64,000 nucleotides of DNA from positions 71,796,001 to 71,860,000 of the forward strand of contig NW_026262701.1 in assembly GCF_021869535.1 (NCBI RefSeq), read 5' to 3'. The notes under the pieces were generated by a model. That model made no database searches. It was not told where the DNA came from and saw only the letters and a program-made list of their open reading frames with translations. Positions 49,564 to 60,840 of the stretch are shown here, piece after piece (position 1 is the stretch's first letter; each line of letters starts with the position of its first letter). This DNA comes from Mytilus californianus (taxonomy: Eukaryota). The translations under genes and the position numbers were made by a program.

Positions 49564-50562
49564 GTCTGGAAAAGTACAATTTTTCATTTACTTTCGAAGA
49601 AATAGACTAAAATTTCCATAAAAATAATTCAACTTAATTAAATAAATTATTATAAAAATAAGAACCTTTCTGAGCCCACACCACTACATTGTCATTGGGC
49701 AAACAAAATATCACCAGATTCCAAAGTTCAAAGACTCATGACTCATATAGAAGTCAACTGATAATTTTTTTTGTGGATATGCACATCTAAGTACTATGTC
49801 CTCATTTTCAGTTTCATGTAATTCTGTTGTTTCAGAGGAGTTGCGATGACAAACTGTCACAGTGGTATATTTCGGTCAATGTTCTTAGTTCAAAGAGGCA
49901 AAAATTCTAGAAAAAACGTTGAATCATAAGTCCCTGTTGATATACTCATCTACATAATATGTCTGTATTATCTACAAAGTGTCTTGAAATTCTGTTGTGT
50001 TGTTTCAGAGGAGGACTGGCGGACGGGTCAAACACTTTATACAGTACACTTAGTTGCATGGGGAATAATTAGGAGATGTAGTATGATTGCCAATAAGACA
50101 GCCATCCACCAGAGTCCTAATAAGTGGATATAAGCAATAATAGGTCACTGTTTGGACTTCAATCATGAGAAAAACCTGTACTGTATAGTGGGCTATAAAA
50201 GATTTGACATGAAAATTGTGAAACAGTTCAAACAACAAAAATAACAACCTAATTTATAAAAAAAACAATTTATGAAAAACAAATATAACAGACATGAACC
50301 AATGGCAACCACTGAACTACAGACTACTGACTTGGGACAGGCACATAATGAATAAGGCAAGGTTTTTCTTCATAAGAGAAATCAGTTCAACAGTTTTAAA
50401 AAAGGGTGAACAGAACAATTGTATACACTGTACTGTCAAAAGGCCTAATTTCAGTCAAAGTGTTGTCAATCATGAGCTTTATACTAGGTACAGCCCATAT
50501 CAAGTAGCTCTCGCCCAGTGGCAGTAAAATAGGGAGATTTTTGGTCAGAAGTGGATAAATAT

Positions 50563-50931
50563 AGATTCTTACATTGATACCAGTGGATTATCGGATTTAT
50601 CCAATCGAGATACTGTAAATACAGAAATTATTGCGTGCATTTATTATTGCGATTTTGTCATTTTAGACTAAAATGCGATTTTAATTTTTGCGATATTCAG
50701 AAAAATCCTGTTTGGATTCATATAACAAATTTCAAAATGCGAGTTTTAATTATTGCGATTATAACCCTGTCGCATTTTTCGCAATAATAAAAACATCGCA
50801 ATAATTTCTGAATTTACAGTAGTTAAATTATCAATTTTAAAGTCTGAGCCTTGGCGAGGACTTTAAAATTTATAATTTAACTATCGAGATTGGATAAATC
50901 CGATAATTCACGAGTAACTATGTAAGAATCT
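50563..50931. mobile_element. Palindromic (foldback) element hosting the 50613-50819 MITE
   Basis: With the MITE removed, the arms AGATTCTTACAT..GTGGATTATCGGATTTATCCAATC..TAGTTAAATTATCAATTTTAAAGTC pair with GACTTTAAAATTTATAATTTAACTA..GATTGGATAAATCCGATAATTCAC..ATGTAAGAATCT. Confidence 0.7.
50613..50819. mobile_element. 207-bp Tc1/mariner-type MITE with TA TSD
   Basis: TA|CTGTAAATACAGAAATTATTGCG ... CGCAATAATTTCTGAATTTACAG|TA; 23-bp TIRs with one mismatch. Confidence 0.8.
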
Positions 50932-52869
50932 GTTTCTCTAATGATTAAAAAATACATTCTCATTTTTTGTTAAACCAAAACCCCCTTCGAGTGCCTTCCA
51001 CATTTCACAAAGTTGTCAATTTCATTAACACCTGTTAGCATTTTTTGAGCTGATAAAGGTTATGACCCTTAAATTCATCCAATCATCTTCTGAGATCACT
51101 GGCAACCACACGTTGATTAAATTTTTTTTATACAATGAGTGCAGAAAGGTATAAATTGTCAAAGAATTAGAGAAATAGCAATATTGAGTGATGCACATGA
51201 AAGTAATTATAACAAGCAAGATAAGAGCATTTTTACTATTCAGATGTTTTAATGACATACTCTGAGCAGGTTTTTATCATTAACATGTTTTGATTTGACA
51301 GATATACAGACTTGTGAACAATCATCTTTCTGCATTGCTCTTAAGCACAGAGGAAAATAAACTTTATTACTTGGGTATGGTGTGACACAAATATGCGTTG
51401 TTGTCTCTGCTGTTTGAAAGATAACATCAGATACAAATTGAATTTTTGATGATCCTTGTATGGATTCTTTGCATCAATTTGTGTCTGAATTCCAACACAA
51501 ACATGTCTACTGAAAACCTGACCTCAGCATTATTACCAGTAGTCTCATAGTTACAAGGGAGGAAACTAGTTTATGAGATGCACATACCTTAAAGTAAGCA
51601 TTGGTATTTTTTGCAATATGAACTCTTGGGAGTGTCCTCCCCTCAAGTGTAGGAGGTTGTTGCTTCAATTCAAAGACTTGATGGTATTTGCTGATTTTCC
51701 AACATGTCATTAGTATTTATGAGTAAGAACTTGAAGTGAAGTTGTTATAATGTATATACTGATAGGTATTTTGACATATTTTCCTGGGTACTTTTACCTT
51801 ATTACTTATCACATTTAATTTTCAGCTCAGTAGGATGGTACAAACTAATTTCCTCATGGTCAAAAACTTCCACAAACCTAATAAGATGTGATATGATTGC
51901 CAATGATATAACTATTCACAAGCAACCAAATTATGTAAATGTATGCAACTATAGGTCACTGTACTGCCTTCAACAATGAGTAAAACCCATATATGAAAAA
52001 CTGGTCGTCTCCTTTGAATTGTTTGACTTTTTGTCATGTAGAGGCCTTTAATAGCTTGCTTTCGATTACGTTCATTGTTGAAAGCCATAGTGTGACCTTT
52101 GATTTTTACATCTTTGTGCTTTTGTCTTTTTGAAAAGTGTCTTACTGGCAATCATACAACTTGTAATTATTTTTATAGCATTGTAACTTCATTTAATATC
52201 GGTACTCATAATATAAACTGTCTACTATTTGTAAAACTGATTCTAAGAACATTTTTTCTTTTAGAAAGCTGGTGTTGTGTAGTGATCATTGTGTCTGATT
52301 GTCAGATATAACACCGTTGTAGGCACTTTTATGGATATGCTTGAATCACTGTTGATCTTCACCAAATTTTGTCCATTGCTTTGTCAGTGGGACGCTTTGA
52401 ATTCTATCATTTTAAAGTCAGAGGTAAAAGCCAAATTTCACAAAATAATTTATTGAAATGAAGCCCAACCATTTTAGCACCATAACATTCCAAAAATTTT
52501 TGGAACCACACACAAAATTATATTGGACAGACATGGTGGATCCAGGGGTTGGACACCCCCCCCCCCCCGCCATTTTTAATTTTTTTTTTATGTCCTTGGG
52601 GTTAGAACCTCCTTTTCAAAATGGCTGGGCTGCACCGGACTGGTGCAATTTGTTCTAAGTATAATCTGCAATTTGGTTCTTTAGGTTGAAAATAATCAGG
52701 ATCTGAGACTACTGGTACTCATTAAACAAGTCATCTTGGAAGACTGACACAGAACCTTAAATCATTTTTATAAAACTAAGTCTGTCGAATTTAAAAAGCC
52801 AACCTTACTTTATCAATCAACTCTTATTTACAGTTGATTTTTATCTTTATTGCTATTATGCAATATAAA

Positions 52870-53466
52870 GTTTATAAAAGATTACAAAAATTTACGAAAA
52901 ATGGTTAAAAATTGACTATAAAGGGCAATAACTCCTTAAGGGGTCAACTGACCATTTTGGTCAAGTTGACTTATTTGTAGATCTTACATTGCTGAACATT
53001 ATTGCTGTTTACAGTTTATCTCTATCTATAATAATATTCAAGATAATAACCGAAAACGGCAAAATTTCCTTAAAATTACCAATTCAGGGGCAGCAACCCA
53101 ACAATGGGTTGTTCAATTCATCTGAAAATTTCAGGGCAGATAGATCTTGACCTCATAAACAATTTTACCCCATGTCAAATTTGCTCTAAATGCTTTGGTT
53201 TCAGAGATATAAGCCAAAATCTACATTTTACCCCTATGTTCTATTTTTAGCCATGGCGGCCATCTTGGTTGGTTGGCCGGGTCACCGGACACATTTTTTA
53301 AACTAGATACCCCAATAATGATTGTGGCCAAGTTTGGTCAAATTTGGCCCAGTAGTTTCAGAGGAGAAGATTTTTGTAAAAGTTAACGACGACAGACGAC
53401 GACGACGGACGACGGACGCCAAGTGATGAGAAAAGCTCACTTGGCCCTTTGGGCCAGGTGAGCTAA
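52870..53466 (+). mobile_element. HINE-like element (left end uncertain)
   Basis: (GAC/GGAC)n tract at 53385-53418 and 14-bp terminal hairpin AGCTCACTTGGCCC-TTT-GGGCCAGGTGAGCT (53434-53464) plus an A-run. Confidence 0.75.
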
Positions 53467-54998
53467 AAATGCAAGACATGATTAATGCGATTGCTAAAAT
53501 TCTGAGAACAAAAATCCCATCTGAAATTATGAATGAGTTTTTATTATTGCCAACCTGATAGTGATAATGCATTTTTCACATTAATGAAAAAAAAAAGCAA
53601 TTATTTCTGAATTTACAAAACACTGGATCCATGGAACTTTCATGCTATAAGTTTGTGAGAAGCAAGCCCAGTTAACCATGCCATAAAACCAGATAAAATA
53701 ATGTAGAATTCTTTTTATTCAAACAGTTTCTATTTTCTTATATGCTTCTCTTAAAAAACAAATATAATCAGCTTCAACATTTTCAAAATTGACAAGTAAA
53801 CATTAAAATATAAAACTGTGATATAATGCACAGTCTGATTGAAATAGAGATCATGTGTCCATACTTTGCTAACAAGGTTATGTTAATAATTACAAAATGT
53901 TGATGTTGGGTACCATAACTACAAAACTGCAGGATCCTTTAAAGGTTTTCAAGACAGAAATTTAAACAGAGAACTGACAGATCCTTGTAAGCAAAACCTT
54001 GACACAGAATCTGTATTTCTAAAAGATGAATATAAAACAAAAATAACAGTCTCCAGTTCATTCTAATGCACAACTGTTTATAGCAGGTCTAGGTATTTTT
54101 ATATATAATCAGTGTGGTTTTATCTAGGATAAACAATATCCCATGTGCTATTTTCCTTAACTTTCATATCGTATAATCAAAGTGCTTGTGAGCATTGCTT
54201 ACATTTTGCAATTTCATGAATTTTTAAATAAAACATTGAATTTTATTTTGCTAGGCAAATTCAAAATTTGAGTTGAGTTATCTTCCTTTGTTCATGATTG
54301 TACATTTGTAGTTGAACCTATTTTTATAATGGGTTCATACACCATGCATTTCTTACGCAATTTTTAATAAAAAAATGTTTTCTTGACAAGTATGGTAAAG
54401 CTATGATTTGCCAGTCCTGAACTCGTATTACGATTCAAAGCTGACATAGGAGTAGGTTAAAAAAGGGTTAAATTGGTCCTTATACTTTAAATATTTTTTT
54501 AATAAGGTTGAAATACTACAAATTTCACATAGTTATGGTACATATGTATTACTATTACATATTATACAAAATAACTTCTTTTTGGCACATCGCATGATAA
54601 ATAACTGACCCCTTAATTATGCATTATTTATGTTGCAACATCAGTTCTTGTCCAATTTTTTCATAATTTATAATAGATTTTTAGCATAATTTACTTTGGC
54701 CGCAGCCACTGTTCTAGAAATTTTTTGTCTCTAGGGATTCAGTATCATCATTGGCGTCGTTCAGTTACAGAACATTTTGGATCGTACTCCTTGGGAGCCT
54801 GCTACTAAAAGTATTGATTTGACGTTAACACATATGTACACTAAATAATCAGAAATTAATTACTGTAATATTATCTTTTAAAATGAATATAAAATATGTA
54901 AATAAGACTAGGATTATTAAAAAACACTTTCCAAAATTATTATGGTACTTAAAATAGAATAACCAAGTTATAACCATAGTTAATGCTAAGACTTGCAT

Positions 54999-55249
54999 AA
55001 CAAGAATGTGTCCATAGTACACAGATGCCCCACTCGCACTATCATTTTCTATGTTCAGTGGACCGTGAAATTGGGGTCAAACTCTAATTTGGCATTAAAA
55101 TTAGATAGATAATATAATAGGGAACATGTGTACTAAGTTTCAAGTTGATTGGACTTCAACTTCATCAAAAATTACCTTGACTAAAAACTTTAACCTGAAG
55201 CGGGACAGACGGACGGACGAACGAACGGACGCACAGACCGAAAAACATA
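54999..55249 (+). mobile_element. HINE/pearl-like element, copy 2 (3' hairpin missing)
   Basis: Colinear with 17301-17552 with few substitutions; ends after GCACAGACCGAAAAACATA. Confidence 0.8.
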
Positions 55250-55263
55250 AAAATACTATAGTC

Positions 55264-55269
55264 TTTATT
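55264..55269 (-). terminator. Candidate poly(A) signal of NKAPD1
   Basis: AATAAA on the - strand about 113 nt after the stop codon. Confidence 0.4.
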
Positions 55270-55381
55270 ACTACATGTATGCTTTTTAAATTAAAATAAT
55301 ACTGTAGCTATTGCACTACCTGATATCATTAACTTTAAAAAAATTCAGCTGCCACACAGTTTTACCCTGAAAATCATAAAA

Positions 55382-56018
55382 TTAATCTGAATCAGACGAT
55401 TCTGAACCTGAATAACTCCTATATCTCTTACGATGTTTTCTCCCTACGGATGACTCTTTATATATTTGACGGTCATCTGGACTTTCTGATACACTCTTTT
55501 CAAATTTTCTGTCCGACAAACTGTCTCTCCTAAATCTTTCAACAGCTCTAAGTTCAGAAGAACAGTTATTATCGTACAAATCACAGTCTGTTTTCCTTTT
55601 CTTTCTTTTAATGTTCTGGCGAGATTCTGAATCAGAAAATTCACTTCCACTACTTTCATGAGATTTCTTTTTGTGTTTTTTATGAGAGTATTTGTTCACG
55701 CTTAAATGTTTTTTAGACTGCTTATGTTTAGTTCTCTTCGAATGGGACTCAGAATGATTGTCATATTTATCATTTTTCAAGCCATGATTTTCTGAATGTT
55801 TCCTTTTTCTAGATGAATTGTCAGAGTCTTTCAGTTTATTGCTTTTATCATCTGATTCACTATCACTACTATAGTCTGACCCCTTCGTCTTTTTTCGTTT
55901 TGAATGCTTTTTATGTTTTTTGCTTCTTTTTCTCTTACTCTCTGATTCAGAGTCTGAAGTGTAGTGTTTTTTACTCTTTTTTCTCTTTTCTTTTCTCTTA
56001 TGTTTTCCTTTCTTTTTT
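55382..56018 (-). CDS. NKAPD1: NKAPD1 last coding exon (637 bp, TAA at 55384-55382)
   Basis: ctttttgcag|A AAA AAG AAA; 3' part of track ORF 55382..56119, made of alternating basic (KKHK) and SDSESE blocks. Confidence 0.85.
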
Positions 56019-59000
56019 CTGCAAAAAGATATTTTCGTACTCTTTGAAATCAAGCAAAAAATATTACAGTTTTTCAAATTTAGAAAAGCTAATTTATTTA
56101 AAAGCACATGGTCTGCCAAATTTCAATTAACTTTGGAGACAATGCATTTTTCTAAAAAAATTATAAGATGATTAACTAACAAATTTTAAGTATCAAATGA
56201 TTGCAAACTTCACTCAATTCATTGAATAGCAACTATTATTTGTCCATCTCATCAACCTTAAAAGATGGAAACACATCCACTCAGTTGAACATTATTGACA
56301 GTATACATGGTATATATGTGAGCTGCGTCAGATAAAAATCGACCTTATGCAAATGAATATTAATACATCTGGTAACCTGTTTCAGGTTTTAAAATTCTCT
56401 ACGGAAAGTGTATAACTATTTGCCCTTGCGTAAGGTCTTTTTCTATCAGATGCAGCTCATGTCTTGTCCAGCCATAGCAAAATACTATTTTGATTATTTC
56501 ATCTCATCTTTGATAAATAAAATCTTATTGATTCAAGTTATTGGTTCTTCATAACACATTTTGAAATCTCCATTCAGATTTATGTATTGAATTGTTTTAT
56601 TGCATGATTGTGTTTTTTATGCTGTTGTATATGTTTGCATGTATGTGGTTTAAAACTCTCTAGAGCTTATGTTTTGTAGTTGATAAATACTGGTATACCA
56701 CTTCTAAATAAATCTTTTCATATTTGTATTATAGTCTATCCAGGATCTGAGTAAAGAAAATTCAAATTTAAATTAAAGAATAAATCATATGTATTAAAAT
56801 TTAATGTTTTTCTGAACTTTTCTGCTATTTGGTCGAGTTGTTGTCTTTTTGACACATTCCCCATTTCCATTCTCAATTTTATTTTATATATATCTAAAAT
56901 GTATTCAACATTTTAGCAGAAACCCTATTCAAAATGTCCTTCATTGAGATTAAACTATTTTAACAATTAGCAGATTTATTTGCAATTTATTAAAAATATC
57001 AAATAATTTGAACATAATTTCATAACTAAACATGTGAGAGAAAAAAATGCACCATAAACTATTTTTTCCTCCAAAAAAAAAAGGAAACATAATGGTGTAA
57101 CTTTAATCTTACGTTTTCTTTGGTTTCCTGTGTGATTTTTCTTCCTCAGATCTGTCACTGTCAAAATCTTTTGGATACATTTCTTTATAACCGCTATGAC
57201 CCCACCTGAAATATTACAATAACTACTTCTGTCATTTATAAATTACCATACTATTCTCTCAGTCATATACAAAATGTCTCTCATTGTATTGTCCACTTTT
57301 ATATTTACTGCAGGGAAGTCCTGGGGCTCGCATAAAATTTTAGGACAAATATTGATCATAAGTTGTGTTCATGTCTTTACCTACAAATATTTTTTCTCAA
57401 CTGTTTGTGAACTGAGTCCCTGCATTTTGATTTTGTAGTTTTTATAATGTGATATTTCAAGTAGAGATAAATCAAAGAGAAAAAGAAAGCATAAAATACA
57501 CATCAGAGATTCAATAAAAATTGAGAAATTAAATGTTCAAAATTTCACTACAAAATCTGCCATGATGGGAGATAACTCTAATGATATTTGCTGGATGAAT
57601 AGATGGAACTTCTTACATGAGAGTTAACCCTGTTTTTCGCCTGCTATTGCTGCTGTCAGAGTAAAAGTGTAATAATAACTGTCAAAAACTAAGTCCATTT
57701 ATCAGTAAAATACACATGCAAAAAAAACCTATTCCATTTATCAGTTAAATATGTAAAAATATTTTCTTGCTTTTTACTGCCTTTTGAATATAAAAAAGCT
57801 TCTGCCGAAGTTCCATAAAATGCAATGAAGAATCGACAAATTTATTGACTTTTGAAAAACTTGAATCAGTCTGAAAGTAAATGTTCACTCAGCTGACAAC
57901 AACAGAATGTAGAATCCCTATGCCACGCTTCTTCACCATTATATAACAGGCTAGACAAAAAAGCAGAATGATCAAATATTTTGTGAAAACATGAATCAAC
58001 GACAACATTCACACAGTGTGTCACCAATATGTCTCTTTGTTTTGTATCATCAGAATAGAATCTATATGAGTTAGTTGTCCAGTAGTTACTTTTTAGAACA
58101 CATTTAATTGAAATCCTGCTCACATGACTAATAACATGTGTAACTTAAACGGTAGCCACATGTGGAGCAGGATCTGCTTACCATTCCGGAGCACCTGAGA
58201 TCACCCCTAGTTTTTGGTGGGGTTTGTGTTGCTCAGTCTTTAGTTTTCTATGTTGTGTTTTGTGTACTATTGTTTGTTTGTTGGTCTTCTTCTTTTTTAG
58301 CCATGGCGTTGTCAGTTTATTTTATGAGTTTGAATGTCCCATGTGTCCCTCTGTTATCTTTCGCCTCTCTTCTTAAATAAATTTAAAACAAAAGATGTTA
58401 CTGAAATAAAAAATCTAACCAATTTTGGTCTGAACTAATGAAATGGTTCTAATAAGAAGATTGAAAAACAAATAACAGAAAAAAGCTCACACCCCACCAT
58501 AGCAATATCATTTCAATTTGCTGACACACTAAAATTAGTAGTTGGCCACCAATACACTTTAGAAGGAGTAACATTACAGTACCTATCAGGGTCATTGTCT
58601 TCTGCCTTGTAAAGCTGTCTCAGACAAAATGTACTCTCAGGTTCTTCATCCATATGGGCTCTTTTACTTTTTCTACGGGAAAAGTCATCATTCATATCTA
58701 CTCTTTTATCCTGAAGAAAGGAATATTTATTGTCTTTTTCAAATTCTTTTGATCGATGATGTTCCTTCCACATTTCAGCCTCCTCAACAATCTGAAAAAA
58801 AACATTCAATTGTGTATTTTCATAATATCAAAAATTATACCCCTTGGAAATTTTAAGATTCAAAACTTAAAGAATTATAAAAAATCACCATAGTCAAAGG
58901 TTTGCTCTCTAGTCTATCCTTTACCTTACACACAAGACATGAATTTATATAAATAGGTTGGAAACATTTTCACTTTTAGGTTTGGGTCTGGATGTGAAAA

Positions 59001-59882
59001 AGCAGGGATTTCATTTTTTAAAATTAATCTATAGAGTAGTTTGAGAATGGCCATTTGTCTACAATTTAGAAAGAAATGGTGTTCCCCTTCAACAGTCATG
59101 ACAGTATTACAAGTTTTAAACACTTTTTCATTCATAAAAAGAAAACACTTCTCCATATGGAAAAATCTGGTGTTGATGGCATTGATGGCATATCTATAAT
59201 AGTCTCTGTTTTTATTCAGATCAATTTTAGACTATGGGCAATTTAGAGCCGAAAAAACAGTAATGTACAGACACTTTTGTATTGATTCTTGATTTTTTCC
59301 TTGACATTGGGTTGCTGTCTCATTTCCGTATGTATACCTATAATATCTTTTATTCAAATAGGTTGGTCTCCTGTTGGCTTTGGCTTCCTGTGGAAACAGT
59401 TAAAACAAATCAGGTTGAGTAATAGCACTTTTTGGATACTGTGGATTCATTATTATTTATGGGATATCAATTTTGTGGATTCATTATTATTTATGGGATA
59501 TCAATTTTGTGGATTCTATGGGTATTGGTTTACCATGAATTTAAGTGTACAACGAAGTACACATTTTCTTAAGGCTTGTATGCAGATCTCAGCAAAACCA
59601 CGAAATCAAATATCTACGAAAATACATTTTTTCTTTAAATCCACAAAAAATGGTCCCCCATAACAATAAATGAATCCACAATAGTCTGAAACCTCCCACA
59701 TTTTGACCTAGGCCATTCTTATGTCTTGTCTCATTCTGTTTGGTTGTACAGAAATATTTGTTGGCAAACCAAGGGACGGACAGACATTCTCCTGGAGTGG
59801 GGGTATAAAATCTTACCTTGTTGTGACTACCAACATGCCTAATGTAATTCTTCAACAATGTTTTTGCTGCAGAATTTGTCAT
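55382..59882 (-). CDS. NKAPD1: NKAPD1/C11orf57-like Lys/Arg/Ser-rich nuclear protein, 334 aa. Coding exons 59882-59817, 58791-58583, 57205-57113, 56018-55382
   Basis: Spliced translation MTNSAAKTLLKNYIRHVGSHNK/IVEEAEMWK...AEDNDPDR/WGHSGYKEMYPKDFDSD.../K,R,S-rich tail matches recalled human C11orf57 motifs [23 protein letters not shown] and PDRWGHSGYKELYPEEF. GT-AG junctions, phases 0,2,2; CDS 1005 nt. Confidence 0.88.
56319..56459. mobile_element. ~140-bp MITE-like inverted-repeat element in an NKAPD1 intron
   Basis: TGAGCTGCGTCAGATAAAAATCGACCTTATGCAA pairs imperfectly with TTGCGTAAGGTCTTTTTCTATCAGATGCAGCTCA. Confidence 0.6.
57113..57205 (-). CDS. NKAPD1: NKAPD1 coding exon 3 (93 bp)
   Basis: atttcag|G TGG GGT CAT AGC GGT TAT ... 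AAA AC|gtaaga. Confidence 0.88.
58150..58376. repeat. Family D copy in an NKAPD1 intron
   Basis: GTGGAGCAGGATCTGCTTACC(A/C)TTCCGGAGCACCTGAGAT shared with 28091-28437. Confidence 0.8.
58583..58791 (-). CDS. NKAPD1: NKAPD1 coding exon 2 (209 bp)
   Basis: ttttttcag|ATT GTT GAG ... CCT GAT AG|gtactg. Confidence 0.88.
59439..59681. mobile_element. TA-flanked MITE in an NKAPD1 intron, with an internal 34-bp tandem duplication
   Basis: TA|CTGTGGATTCATTATT ... AATAAATGAATCCACAA|TA; identical 34-mers at 59441-59474 and 59475-59508. Confidence 0.7.
59817..59882 (-). CDS. NKAPD1: NKAPD1 coding exon 1 (66 bp; exon starts at 59903 after an acceptor)
   Basis: tttttcag|tagcc...caagATG ACA AAT ... AAC AAG|gtaaga. 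Confidence 0.88.
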
Positions 59883-60750
59883 CTTGAAATGGTATAAAGG
59901 CTACTGAAAAATAATGAGATTTTCATTTTTATTCAGGCAAAGTATACATAATATTAATTGGAAGATATTTCAGTTTTGAAGAAATTTTGCATGCATTTAG
60001 AACTTGCTGAACTGCAGCTGAATATGGAAAAAAAATGAGATATACATCTGTAACTTTTATACTTTAATAGATACACATGATACAGTAAAAAAATTGTGAT
60101 ATAAATCTACAAATGTATAGCATAAAAGCGGCTTAAAATATGCATTATTTTACATTAACTTGTGTTTTCTTAAAAATCTGTCCATAGAATTTTAATTGAA
60201 AATAATATGTTATTACTGAGTATAATTAATAAGTAAATATTCTTTCTCCTGGGACATTCAAAAGAAAATCAATTTCATAAAATGAAGACAATGTCCGAAC
60301 GAAAACTGATCAGTAGAGTATGATATTGGTATTTGATACTTGCTATTACCATAGAATATTTGTGTTTTCTAGTCCTTGTTGACATTCCTAGATATTATTA
60401 AGGATAATTTAAGGGAACAATCAACCCCAGAAAAAAATGACCAAGTGTGATTAGAAATCACATGAAAAAACACATATCACATCCCTCAAAAGGGATCAAT
60501 CTCTCAAAAAACCTGGGCTACATATACAGTGTATAAGAAACAAAGTTTTCGACCAAATGGTGTAATATTTTATTCAATCATTTTATTTTTAAATAATTTC
60601 CCTAAAATCAAAAAAATACTTTTTAGCACATCAAATTTACATGTATATCTCTAACTGATCAGTCCAGTCCATGCATGTAAAAATTTGACTTGGGTTGCTG
60701 CTGGGAAGTAAGTACTATTTGCTTCTCATCACGTTGCGAAGCTATTAATT

Positions 60751-60840
60751 TCATACGATATTCACGCCATCTTGAAATTATTACGTAACAAATATCTGTT
60801 CTTATTGGTTGTCTTATGATCTGTGAAAGATTCTATTGGC
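60751..60840 (-). promoter_or_regulatory. Putative NKAPD1 promoter and first non-coding exon
   Basis: On the - strand: AGCCAAT (core 60839-60835), AACCAAT (core 60808-60804), palindromic TTACGTAA (60781-60788), AAGATGGCG (60773-60765, YY1/TISU-like), and a possible donor GTATGA at 60756. Confidence 0.55.

Noticed and set aside
56019-56119. Track ORF start MADHVLLNKL... as the NKAPD1 start
   Set aside because: It is intronic: a phase-compatible acceptor at 56019 joins the upstream conserved exons.
55444-56130. ORFs 55444..55659 (-) and 55813..56130 (+)
   Set aside because: They are shadow frames of the K/R/S-rich NKAPD1 exon.
57866-58123. 85-aa intronic ORF, and a TGATGA box-C-like word as a possible snoRNA
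   Set aside because: No homology was recognised, and there is no suitably spaced box D with a terminal stem.
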